Assembly (NCBI GenBank): GCA_964371345.1
Contig: CAYJNE010000002.1
Coordinates: 1 to 28,829 of the forward strand
DNA length: 28,829 bases
Direction: 5' to 3'
DNA from: an uncultured Desulfovibrionaceae bacterium
Lineage (GTDB): Bacteria > Desulfobacterota > Desulfovibrionia > Desulfovibrionales > Desulfovibrionaceae
Below are positions 1 to 8,697 of this stretch, one piece after another. How positions within the stretch are numbered: the stretch's first letter is position 1; the number at the start of each line of letters is the position of its first letter. A model generated the notes under the pieces. That model was not told the origin of the DNA. It made no database searches and saw nothing but the letters and a program-made list of their open reading frames with translations. Made by a program: the position numbers and the translations under genes.

Positions 1-487
1 CTAATTTTGCACCATTACAAAGGGCTTTTAGGCACAAATCACGGCTCATGGCGGGGGTTTTGGAAAAGTTTTCTGTTCCGTCACCAAGGCGCATATCAAT
101 AAGCTTGTCATGTGCATCAAATGCTCCACCCACACACCCAGCATCCACAACGCTTAAATCCACATCAAATTGACGACAAATTGCATTTATACCAGCACCA
201 CCAGCTAAGAAATTCAACACCATTTGGCGAGTAACTTCTTGCGGGTATGATGCGATTTTTTCCGCAACAATGCCATGGTCACCCGCCACAGTAAACATGC
301 GTGCTGGGTTTATATTTAGCGGAGTTTTACCCTTTTGGATGCAATAAATTTTTGCGGCCAAATCCTCAAGGCGAGCAAGACTACCTTGTGGTTTGGTAAG
401 ATTGTCCAAATGGGCTCTAGCCGCTCCTTGTAACGTAGTATCAACGGGCTTAATGTCAGCCAAGATTGCGTTAAGTATATTATTCAT
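1..487 (-). CDS. cobT: Nicotinate-nucleotide--dimethylbenzimidazole phosphoribosyltransferase (5' part; runs off window start)
   Basis: Not in the ORF track. Manual minus-strand translation from ATG at 487 gives MNNILNAILADIKPVDTTLQGAARAHLDNLTKPQGSLARLEDLA...FTVAGDHGIVAEKIASYPQEVTRQMVLNFLAGGAGINAI. LTKPxGSLxxLE and DHG motifs are typical of CobT. RBS AAAAGGA upstream. Confidence 0.93.
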   Translation of the reverse strand, partial: MNNILNAILADIKPVDTTLQGAARAHLDNLTKPQGSLARLEDLAAKIYCIQKGKTPLNINPARMFTVAGDHGIVAEKIASYPQEVTRQMVLNFLAGGAGINAICRQFDVDLSVVDAGCVGGAFDAHDKLIDMRLGDGTENFSKTPAMSRDLCLKALCNGAKL

Positions 488-506
488 AAATAGTCCTTTT
501 CGAATA

Positions 507-623
507 ACGCTTGGTCGCACGTCCTGTGCAACACAAGCTATCGCAAGCGTCGCCTGCGCCGAAAGTAAATTTCGGCTTGACTTTGGCTTGCTCCCCTGCG
601 GGGCTTGCCTACATCCTGTAGGC
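507..623 (-). promoter_or_regulatory. GC-rich multi-hairpin element in the cobT leader (GGA-loop hairpins; CsrA-like sites or REP-like repeat)
   Basis: Inverted repeats at 607-613/617-623 (loop GGA on minus strand), 558-564/570-576, 517-520/526-529 (loop AGGAC on minus strand) and 507-513/544-550. Confidence 0.5.
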
Positions 624-913
624 GTTTCCTTTTGATATGTTTTTTGTTCTGTTTGAATAATACACCGCTTAAGAAATTCTAGCAACTGCTCACAAATGGG
701 TCATAAATATTCACAAAAAAGATTTTCCCACAACATGCTATTATAAAAGAATTTTTATCAAATTCATTGCATATAAATAAGAAAAACATGCCCAAAGACT
801 TGACACCTAAAGGGGCTAAAGATATGCCTATCGCAAGCAAGCATAAATTCTTGCAAGTATAAAATCTTTTAGCTTAGTTGATGATTAAACTAAGCAAAAC
901 ACTGGAGGATAAG

Positions 914-1102
914 ATGGGTTGGAATGTAGTAATTGACGCTGACAAATGTACTGGCTGTGGCGAATGTGTAGACGTTTGCCCTGTAGAAGTTTATGAACTT
1001 CAAGACGGCAAATCTGTGCCTATCAACGAAGACGAATGTCTTGGCTGTGAATCTTGCGTAGAGGTTTGTGAAACCGGTGCTGTTAGCGTTACCGAAATGT
1101 AA
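914..1102 (+). CDS. 2x[4Fe-4S] bacterial-type ferredoxin
   Basis: Two CxxCxxCxxxC motifs (CTGCGECVDVCP, CLGCESCVEVCE). GGAGG RBS before ATG 914, so the start is revised from the ORF-track 878. Confidence 0.95.
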   Translation: MGWNVVIDADKCTGCGECVDVCPVEVYELQDGKSVPINEDECLGCESCVEVCETGAVSVTEM

Positions 1103-1269
1103 TTTCTTGGGCTTAAGTTAAATAATATTTCCTCAAAGGGGCTTAATTAAAAAAAGGCCCTTGCCAAAAGCATAATGAGGTTTATCTTTGACGTAGCATA
1201 AACAGAAATTATTGCCGCTGGGCGTGTTATGCGCTCGGCGGCATTCTCATAAACAAAACAATAAATATT

Positions 1270-1935
1270 ATGATACCAGACCTTTCCGATATATTTACAC
1301 GCTATGAAGCCCTAGTTGCAGAAGTGGATAATATTTTTGCGCATATTCGCAGTGCGCATCCTGACTGTGTTATTTGCGAGGTGGGCTGTAGTGACTGTTG
1401 CCACGCGCTATTTGATCTTTCCTTGGTGGAGGCCATGTATATTAACAACGCCTTTGCCAAGACCATACCCTATGGTCGGGAACGCTCTGATATTTTAACT
1501 CATGCCGCAGACCTTGACCGCAAGGCCGTACGCATGAAGCGCAACTTTTACAATGCCACCAAGGACGGGCAAAGTGCCGAAGATATTATGGCTGAGGCTG
1601 CACGTTTGCGCCTACCCTGTCCACTACTTAATGCCGAGTCGCAATGCATACTATATGCAAATCGCCCCATAACTTGCCGTTTGTATGGTGTTCCACTAAA
1701 TATTAACAATACTGGGCATGTTTGCGGCAAAACCAAATTTAGCAAGGGCACAAACTACCCCACCGTGCATATGGCTGCCATACACGATCGCTTGGACGGG
1801 CTTTCTAAAGAAATACAGCAAGCTGTTAAGAGCAGATTTAAAGAATTGCACCAAGTTTATGTGCCACTATCTATGGCTATGCTTACCAATTATAATGAAG
1901 AATATCTGGGCATTGGCCCTGCTAAGAAGGAATAA
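1270..1935 (+). CDS. YkgJ-family (CxxCxxCC) cysteine-cluster protein, putative Fe-S/Zn binding
   Basis: CEVGCSDCC, CPLL, C-I-L-Y-x-x-RPITCRLYG motifs. Confidence 0.85.
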   Translation: MIPDLSDIFTRYEALVAEVDNIFAHIRSAHPDCVICEVGCSDCCHALFDLSLVEAMYINNAFAKTIPYGRERSDILTHAADLDRKAVRMKRNFYNATKDGQSAEDIMAEAARLRLPCPLLNAESQCILYANRPITCRLYGVPLNINNTGHVCGKTKFSKGTNYPTVHMAAIHDRLDGLSKEIQQAVKSRFKELHQVYVPLSMAMLTNYNEEYLGIGPAKKE

Positions 1936-1938
1936 TCC

Positions 1939-2331
1939 ATGTTGGACTTAATTCCTGCTTCTGTTTTTCGTGCTACCACGCCGCAAAAGCTCAATGCCGA
2001 GCAAGAGGAAATGAAGCGTGAAATGTATGAAAAAATGGCCCCAAGGCGGCGTAAATTTATTGATCGCATAGGCTATGATAATTGGGATCCTTTTCAAAAA
2101 CCCAATGAGCCGCTGGACATTCGCCTTGATACCACTAAGCGTACCACTCAACAACTTGTACGTGAATTTTTACAAGTGGCTGCGCATAGAGAAGAATATA
2201 GCAATGACTATGGGCGTGGAGCCTTGGAATGCGCCCTTGGTGTTGTAAATAAAGATGAGAAATATTTAGGCATTTTCGATTTTTGCCTTTGGTACCACGA
2301 CTTACTCAAGAAGGAAGGACATATAAAATGA
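1939..2331 (+). CDS. Hypothetical protein (130 aa)
   Basis: AGGA RBS. Starts 3 nt after the YkgJ stop and overlaps the next gene (ATGA), consistent with an operon. Confidence 0.75.
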   Translation: MLDLIPASVFRATTPQKLNAEQEEMKREMYEKMAPRRRKFIDRIGYDNWDPFQKPNEPLDIRLDTTKRTTQQLVREFLQVAAHREEYSNDYGRGALECALGVVNKDEKYLGIFDFCLWYHDLLKKEGHIK

Positions 2332-2954
2332 AAGCTAAATACGATGACATAGACGAATATATTGCTGACCTAAAGGCAGCCATTCAACAAAATGAACAGT
2401 GTGCCAATCATCATTATAATCTTGGCCTTGCTCTTTTAACCAAGCGTGACTTTGCAGGTGCTGAGGATTCTTTTTTAACCTCAGTGCGCCACTCCCCACG
2501 CTTGGCAGAATCCTTTGTGCAGCTGGGTGGTATTTGCCTTGAACGTGGCGACCTTGACGGCTGCTTGCGCTATAATGAAGAAGCCGCCAACTGCCGTGCT
2601 AAATTTCCTGTACCTTGGGGTAATATTGGTTTTGTGCACTTGCAACGTGGTGAGCCTGATAAAGCTATTGCCGCTCTAAATAAGGCCATTAAATGGGAGC
2701 CAAACTTTATTCAAGCCCGCAACGCTCTTTCTACTGCCTACTTTATGCAAGGTGATTACAAAGCTTGTGAAGAAGCCTGTAATGAAGTTATTAAACGCGA
2801 ACCTGGCTTTGGACCTGCTTGGAACAATTTGGCCCTAGCCCTTTTTGAGCAAGGTGAATTTGCTCGCTCTGTTGAAGCGGCAGATAAAGCCCTTGCCGCA
2901 GGCTTTGAAGTGCGCCCTGAATTCTTAAAAGACCTTGAGCCGCACAGAAAATAA
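2328..2954 (+). CDS. Tetratricopeptide repeat protein
   Basis: Tandem TPR signatures (HYNLGLAL, WGNIGFVH, AWNNLALAL). Start at ATG 2328 overlapping the upstream TGA, with RBS AAGGA. Confidence 0.9.
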   Translation: MKAKYDDIDEYIADLKAAIQQNEQCANHHYNLGLALLTKRDFAGAEDSFLTSVRHSPRLAESFVQLGGICLERGDLDGCLRYNEEAANCRAKFPVPWGNIGFVHLQRGEPDKAIAALNKAIKWEPNFIQARNALSTAYFMQGDYKACEEACNEVIKREPGFGPAWNNLALALFEQGEFARSVEAADKALAAGFEVRPEFLKDLEPHRK

Positions 2955-2976
2955 TAAAAATTACGAAATAAAAATC

Positions 2977-3005
2977 GGGGCTTAAAGTATCTTACTTCAA
3001 GCCCC
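2977..3005. terminator. Probable bidirectional intrinsic terminator between convergent genes
   Basis: GGGGCTTAAAGTA-TCT-TACTTCAAGCCCC hairpin (one mismatch) with A/T-rich flanks. Confidence 0.65.
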
Positions 3006-3041
3006 AATTCATTTTAAATTCGTAAAAGTGAATAATTTTTA

Positions 3042-5432
3042 CTAGGAATTACTCTGGTCTAACCAATGATCCAAGGTGGCATACAAAACTTCAGCTGATA
3101 TTGGTTTTGTAATATGTTCATTCATGCCACTTTCAAGGCTTTTTTCCCTATCACCAACCATGGCATGAGCAGACATAGCAATAACAGGAAGCCTTGCAAA
3201 TCTGGGGTTTTTACGTATATTTCTTGTGGCAGTAAGGCCGTCCATAATGGGCATTTGAATATCCATTAACACTAAGTCATAATACTTACCACCAAGCATA
3301 TCTAAGGCTTCTTGTCCATTATTGGCAACATCAACCCTAAACCCAACACTTTGCAAAAGCTCCAAGGCTATGAGTTGGTTTATTTGATTATCCTCAACTA
3401 GTAAAAGTTGCCCTGATCTTTGCTTTTGCTCCTCTACAACTACTGTTTGCTCGTCAGCAAGGGCATTTTCATCAGCCAAGGCAAAATCAGCAGTAAAATA
3501 GAAGGTTGAACCCTGCCCAAGTGTGCTTTCTACCCAAACCTTGCCATGCATCATCTCAACAATATTCTTAGAAATAACCAAACCAAGGCCAGTACCACCA
3601 TATTTACGAGTAAAGGATGTATCTGCTTGCGTAAAGGCCGCAAAAAGCTTTTCAATTTGCTCTTCACTTAGCCCAATGCCAGTATCTTTAATCATAAATT
3701 GGCAATGAAGCTCTTTATCTTCATGCATTGTGGCTTTAATTGCAATATTAATACTACCTTCGTTGGTAAACTTAATGGCATTATTCAAAAGGTTTAACAT
3801 TACTTGCTTTAGGCGTAGAGGGTCACCCATAATGGGTACGGTAGCAAACTCTCCCTCATCCACACTAAAAGCGAGATTTTTTTCAGAAGCCACATGCCCT
3901 AAAACATTTTCAAGCTCAGAGCACACATTATGCAAGGTAAATGGAGTCCACTCCATATCAAGCTTGCCAGCATCAATTTTTGAAAAATCTAATATGTCAT
4001 TGATAATACGCAAAAGTTCTTTGGCTGAAAACAAAGCCTTGTGCAAAAAGTTCTTTTGCTCTGCATTGAGCCCTGTTTTTAGCAAAAGTCGCAAAAGCCC
4101 CAAAATGCCATTCATTGGCGTGCGAATTTCATGACTCATATTAGCCAAAAACTCACTCTTAGCCTTGGTGCTTTGTTCTGCGATGTCCTTTGCTTCTGTT
4201 AAAGCACGTTCATTGGCGTGAATTTCTTTAAGCATGGCTCTGTGTTCACGCAAATCTTTAAGGTAAGCAATAAGGCCAGCCTTCCCTTGAAATGAAGTTC
4301 GCATTATGGTAATATCTATAGGAATTTCTTCGCCAGTGCGTGGGTGTATGCACATAAATTCCGTCTTAACAATTTCTTTAGCAAAGCATTTATCAATCAT
4401 CTGCAGCAAAAATTCTTGGCTATTACTACCGTCAGGCTGCAATTCTGGCATGGTAGTATGAAAATTTTCCAAATAATCTTCTGCGGTATCAAATCCAAAT
4501 ATATGCGCACCTTCTAAGTTAGCATAAATAAGATTATAATTTTCATCCCAGTAGTGCACACCCAAGGGCAATAAATCAAGCATCACGGTATTGCGAAAAT
4601 CTACAGCCTGAGCTAGCTCATGGGTAGCCTTTATATCACGCAAGTCTTTAGAGTAAGATATAATTACATCTTCACCGTCAAGCTTGGCACGCACAAGCGT
4701 AACTTCCATTGGTATAAGCTCATTATCAAGCGTATTATGTAGCCACTCAAAACACAAAACTCCCTCTTCAAGGGCTCTAGCATGATTTACAACAAAATAT
4801 TCTTTTGAAAGTACGCCATCGGGCTGATATTTTGGTGAAAGTTCTTCAAAATTGTCCTTATACTCTTGCTTGCTCTCAAGCTTAAACATTCGTAATGTTT
4901 CTTCATTACAATCTATAATTTCTCCGCCCTGACTCCAAAAAGTAATGCATAATGGGGTATTTTCAAGCATGAGGGCGTTGCGCTCATCCATTAAATATAA
5001 GTCTGGTTGAACCTCGCCGTCTCTAGACAGTATTTCCTCATTTTTATTGGCACCGCCGTCAGTTATGCGTACAATAAAAATATCTTCAGATTCATGAAAA
5101 ATAGAAGTAATTACATACGGAACATAGGCTTTATATTTGGGATTTATGTGATGCCACCAAGAAAAATAAACTATGCCCTTTTGCTTCACTTGATTGCAGT
5201 GTGACATGAGAGCATCCATAAATTGTTCTGGGGCTTGAGGGTTTGAAACGTCAGCATCACCCGCCCATTTTGACTGGCAGTCTTCAACACTCTCCACCTC
5301 AAAAAATTCATGCACAGTGTCTGTAGCATAAAGAATTTGCCCACTTTGTGACACACAATATAGCGGCAGTGGATTATTACCATAAAGGCTGTGTAAAAAT
5401 GCGGCAATTTTATCAGAAGAAAATACTGTCAT
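3042..5432 (-). CDS. Cytoplasmic multi-PAS hybrid sensor histidine kinase (PAS-PAS-HisKA-HATPase-receiver)
   Basis: H-box [16 protein letters not shown]-box [11 protein letters not shown]-boxes DTGIG and GGTGLGL. Receiver motifs [17 protein letters not shown] and TKP. Two PAS-like repeats carry QPDG. No obvious transmembrane segment. Confidence 0.93.
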   Translation of the reverse strand: MTVFSSDKIAAFLHSLYGNNPLPLYCVSQSGQILYATDTVHEFFEVESVEDCQSKWAGDADVSNPQAPEQFMDALMSHCNQVKQKGIVYFSWWHHINPKYKAYVPYVITSIFHESEDIFIVRITDGGANKNEEILSRDGEVQPDLYLMDERNALMLENTPLCITFWSQGGEIIDCNEETLRMFKLESKQEYKDNFEELSPKYQPDGVLSKEYFVVNHARALEEGVLCFEWLHNTLDNELIPMEVTLVRAKLDGEDVIISYSKDLRDIKATHELAQAVDFRNTVMLDLLPLGVHYWDENYNLIYANLEGAHIFGFDTAEDYLENFHTTMPELQPDGSNSQEFLLQMIDKCFAKEIVKTEFMCIHPRTGEEIPIDITIMRTSFQGKAGLIAYLKDLREHRAMLKEIHANERALTEAKDIAEQSTKAKSEFLANMSHEIRTPMNGILGLLRLLLKTGLNAEQKNFLHKALFSAKELLRIINDILDFSKIDAGKLDMEWTPFTLHNVCSELENVLGHVASEKNLAFSVDEGEFATVPIMGDPLRLKQVMLNLLNNAIKFTNEGSINIAIKATMHEDKELHCQFMIKDTGIGLSEEQIEKLFAAFTQADTSFTRKYGGTGLGLVISKNIVEMMHGKVWVESTLGQGSTFYFTADFALADENALADEQTVVVEEQKQRSGQLLLVEDNQINQLIALELLQSVGFRVDVANNGQEALDMLGGKYYDLVLMDIQMPIMDGLTATRNIRKNPRFARLPVIAMSAHAMVGDREKSLESGMNEHITKPISAEVLYATLDHWLDQSNS

Positions 5433-5618
5433 AACACATCCTTATAACTAAAAATCGTATACAATGACGATAAAAAAATACTACAAATGTTAGTAATACT
5501 ATTACATAAGTGCAATCCAAATGTCAAATAAATCAAAAAAAAATAAAAATTTCATGGCCATACAAAAACCTTGCACATGGATAATATTTAAAAATAATAA
5601 CCTCGCTGGATATTATTT

Positions 5619-5634
5619 TGGTACCTTTATTGCA
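5619..5634 (+). promoter_or_regulatory. Sigma54 (-24/-12) promoter
   Basis: TGGTAC-CTTTA-TTGCA matches TGGCAC-N5-TTGCW with exact GG/GC spacing, about 50 nt upstream of ATG 5687. Confidence 0.7.
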
Positions 5635-5686
5635 TAAACTATGGGCAATGGAAAAAATATCCATATTTTTTGACAAGGAGAATATA

Positions 5687-5995
5687 ATGACTCAACAAGC
5701 CGCTACCCCCATACTTTCATTCAATAACGATCGCATGGCCGCCCATACTGCATTTCGCAGTTCAAGCTCTACGTTTCCACCACAAATGCCCAATATGATT
5801 AAAAATGACTTAATATCTATAGGGCAAGCCGCACCAGCTATAACAAGCACAGCAGCCCCAAAACCCACTCAACTTGACGACCAACAAGCAGAAGTGGCCC
5901 TTGAGCAAGTACAGCAAAATGCAGGAGAAGTACTTACTGCTCACAATGGCATTGACCCTGAACGTGTGGCACGTCTTTTAAGCTTGCTTGATTAG
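5687..5995 (+). CDS. Hypothetical protein with flagellin-C-terminus-like tail
   Basis: AAGGAG RBS before ATG 5687 (start revised from 5618). C-terminus is EQVQQNAGEVLTAHNGIDPERVARLLSLLD. Confidence 0.7.
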   Translation: MTQQAATPILSFNNDRMAAHTAFRSSSSTFPPQMPNMIKNDLISIGQAAPAITSTAAPKPTQLDDQQAEVALEQVQQNAGEVLTAHNGIDPERVARLLSLLD

Positions 5996-6083
5996 CAACA
6001 AAGGGCAAGCCGTTATGGCTTGACGGCAGTTTTTAATTGTGCAATTCTGCGCTTTTACAGATGATTAAATAATCGAGTAAAGC

Positions 6084-7268
6084 ATGAATTGGCAAAAAAA
6101 ACGACAGCAAACCCTTAATAACTCACAATGCATTGTGGTAAAGGTAGGTAGTGCCGTACTTACCGATACCAAGGGCATTGACACTACTATTTTAAATAAT
6201 ATAGTAAACCAGCTTGCATACTTACGCTCTTTACCCACCCCCAAGGGTGGCAAGCGCAAGGTTGTTCTTGTAAGCTCTGGTGCTGTGGCAGCTGGTAGAG
6301 CTGCCTTGCAAGAGTATAAAAGTACAGAAATTTCTGGCCTTTCTGCCAAGCAAGCGGCGGCAGCCATTGGGCAAAGCAGGCTTATGCAGCAATATAATCA
6401 AGCCTTTGCCACGCACAATTTAATAACCGCCCAAGTGCTCCTCACCCGTGATGATTTGCGCTCTCGTCAACGCTTCTTAAATGCACGCAACACTTTTGCA
6501 GAACTGCTGGCTTGGGGCGTTGTGCCTGTGGTTAATGAAAATGACACCGTTTCTGTGCATGAACTCAAATTTGGCGACAATGATTGCCTTTCAAGCCTGC
6601 TAGTAAATTTGGTGGAGGCGGATTTATTTATTAACCTCACCTCTGCCAGTGGCGTACTTAGCAAAAACCCCGACCAAGACCCCAATGCACCCATTATGCC
6701 CTGTATTGAAGGCATTAACGAGCTTGATTTAAATGGCCTTTGCGGTGGCAAAACTTCCGTGGGATCTGGTGGCATGTACTCAAAACTTTTAGCCGCGCGC
6801 CGTGTGGCTCAACTGGGTGTACCAACTCTAATTTTATCGGGGCGCACCCCCAATATAATACAAAATGCATTTAGCAAAAGTGCAGAACAAAACCCACAAG
6901 GCACATGGGTTGAGTCCAATACTCAAGCCATTACACGGCGTAAATTTTGGCTTGCATATCAATCTGACCCTTCAGGTAGCATCATAGTAGATGCAGGTGC
7001 CGCCAATGCCTTAGAGCAAAAAGGAAGTAGCCTCTTACCTGGTGGTATTGTGGGCGTTGAGGGCAATTTTCAACAAGGCACGCTTGTGCGCATCATAAAA
7101 CAAGATAAAGACGAGCAAAGCATCGGTGTTGGAATTTCCAATTATTCTGCCGCAGAAATTAAACGCATCATGGGCCTAAAACGCCATGAGGTTTCGGCAA
7201 TTCTTGGCAATGCCCACTACCCAGAGGTCATACACCGTGACAACTTATTATTAGATGCTGCCATTTAA
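6084..7268 (+). CDS. proB: Glutamate 5-kinase with PUA domain
   Basis: VVKVGSAVL, VSSGAVAAG, NENDTV, FGDND and GSGGMYSKL motifs, plus C-terminal PUA domain (VIHRDNL). Confidence 0.97.
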   Translation: MNWQKKRQQTLNNSQCIVVKVGSAVLTDTKGIDTTILNNIVNQLAYLRSLPTPKGGKRKVVLVSSGAVAAGRAALQEYKSTEISGLSAKQAAAAIGQSRLMQQYNQAFATHNLITAQVLLTRDDLRSRQRFLNARNTFAELLAWGVVPVVNENDTVSVHELKFGDNDCLSSLLVNLVEADLFINLTSASGVLSKNPDQDPNAPIMPCIEGINELDLNGLCGGKTSVGSGGMYSKLLAARRVAQLGVPTLILSGRTPNIIQNAFSKSAEQNPQGTWVESNTQAITRRKFWLAYQSDPSGSIIVDAGAANALEQKGSSLLPGGIVGVEGNFQQGTLVRIIKQDKDEQSIGVGISNYSAAEIKRIMGLKRHEVSAILGNAHYPEVIHRDNLLLDAAI

Positions 7269-7283
7269 TATCTAGGATTACTA

Positions 7284-8549
7284 ATGAATACAACACTTGA
7301 GCAAAACATAATTCAAATAGGTAAACAGGCTAAAAAAGCCTCCCGCACCCTCATGGGAGCAAGCCCAGAGCAAAAAAATAACGCTCTCACCACTCTAGCC
7401 CTTTTGCTAAACAACAACAGAGCAGATATTTTTGCGGCCAATGCCAAAGATATACAAAACGCCAAAGCCAAAGGTATGGATAGTGCCAAACTTGACCGCC
7501 TTTGCTTAACTGATAATATTATTGACGATATGATTGCCGCTTGCCGCCATGTGGCAAGCTTACCAGACCCCGTGGGGGCCATGATTAAGCAGTGGCAACA
7601 GCCCAATGGCCTATTGGTGGGGCGTATGCGCATTCCCCTTGGAATAATCGCTATGATTTACGAATCCCGCCCCAATGTGACCATTGACGCAGCCATTCTT
7701 TGCCTAAAAGCTGGCAATGCCGTCATCTTGCGTGGTGGATCTGAAGCCCTACACTCAAACCTTGCCCTAGCGAAGCTCTTACATGATGCCCTAAAACAAG
7801 CAGGTCTACCCACGCACGCCGCACAAATTATTGAAACTACAGATAGAAACGCAATCCCCATACTTTGCAGTATGGAAGATTATATTGATGTCATCATACC
7901 CCGTGGGGGCGAAGATTTGGTGCGCTCCGTAACCAAACAAGCCACCATGCCAGTGCTTAAGCATTACATAGGTGTTTGTCACGCTTTCGTTGACTCAAGT
8001 GCCAACCTAAATGAGGCCCTAAACATTGCCCATAATGGAAAAGTTCAACGTCCAGGTGTTTGCAATGCACTTGAATGTATTCTTATTCATAAAGATGTAG
8101 CCACTGAATTTTTACCCATGCTTGGTGAAAAATTGGGCAAAGACGGGGTGGAATTTCGAGCTTGTAAAAAGTCGCTACCCCTCTTAGGACCAACCGCCAA
8201 AGCTCAAAGTATTGATGATCTAGGAAAAGAATTTCACTCTCTTATCCTTGCAGTTTGTGTTGTGGATAGTATGGATGATGCCCTTGACCACATTGCCAAA
8301 TACGGCTCACAACATACAGAAATTATCTGCACCAATGACCATGCAAACGCCATGCGCTTCATGCGTGAGGTTGATGCTTCCATGACTGCAGTCAATGCAT
8401 CCACCCGCTTCAATGACGGTGGACAGCTGGGCCTTGGGGCAGAAATTGGCATCTCCACATCCAAGCTCCACTCCTATGGGCCCATGGGAGTTGAAGAACT
8501 CACCACCACAAAATTTGTGGTCTTTGGACAAGGCCAAGTTAGACAGTAG
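7284..8549 (+). CDS. proA: Gamma-glutamyl phosphate reductase
   Basis: IYESRPNVT, LRGGSEA, IPRGG, VCNALE and NASTRFNDGGQLGLGAEIGIST motifs. Directly follows proB. Confidence 0.97.
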   Translation: MNTTLEQNIIQIGKQAKKASRTLMGASPEQKNNALTTLALLLNNNRADIFAANAKDIQNAKAKGMDSAKLDRLCLTDNIIDDMIAACRHVASLPDPVGAMIKQWQQPNGLLVGRMRIPLGIIAMIYESRPNVTIDAAILCLKAGNAVILRGGSEALHSNLALAKLLHDALKQAGLPTHAAQIIETTDRNAIPILCSMEDYIDVIIPRGGEDLVRSVTKQATMPVLKHYIGVCHAFVDSSANLNEALNIAHNGKVQRPGVCNALECILIHKDVATEFLPMLGEKLGKDGVEFRACKKSLPLLGPTAKAQSIDDLGKEFHSLILAVCVVDSMDDALDHIAKYGSQHTEIICTNDHANAMRFMREVDASMTAVNASTRFNDGGQLGLGAEIGISTSKLHSYGPMGVEELTTTKFVVFGQGQVRQ

Positions 8550-8597
8550 AAAGATTTTTTATGGTTAACCTACCAGTAAGTCTTAAAAAATTAAAAA

Positions 8598-8632
8598 CCG
8601 CAACTGCTATCCCAAAGGGATAGCAGTTGCGG
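8598..8632. terminator. Perfect 16-bp hairpin between convergent proA and GT2 genes
   Basis: CCGCAACTGCTATCCC-AAA-GGGATAGCAGTTGCGG, preceded by an A-tract that reads as a U-tract on the minus strand. Confidence 0.75.
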
Positions 8633-8697
8633 CATTAAAGTTTTTTGGAAAAGGGGTGGTGAGCCGCTGAAAGCGGCGAGGAGGGGAAAAACTAAAG

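Noticed and set aside
393..635. 80-aa plus-strand ORF
   Set aside because: Overlaps cobT antisense and runs through a palindromic element. No RBS or recognisable motif.
490..700. Cobalamin riboswitch upstream of cobT
   Set aside because: The conserved GGGAA...GCCCCCGCAACTGT and B12-box elements were not found on the minus strand.
699..716. Possible Rex operator upstream of the ferredoxin (…TATTCACAA)
   Set aside because: Only the right half-site matches TTGTGAA-N4-TTCACAA; the left half does not.
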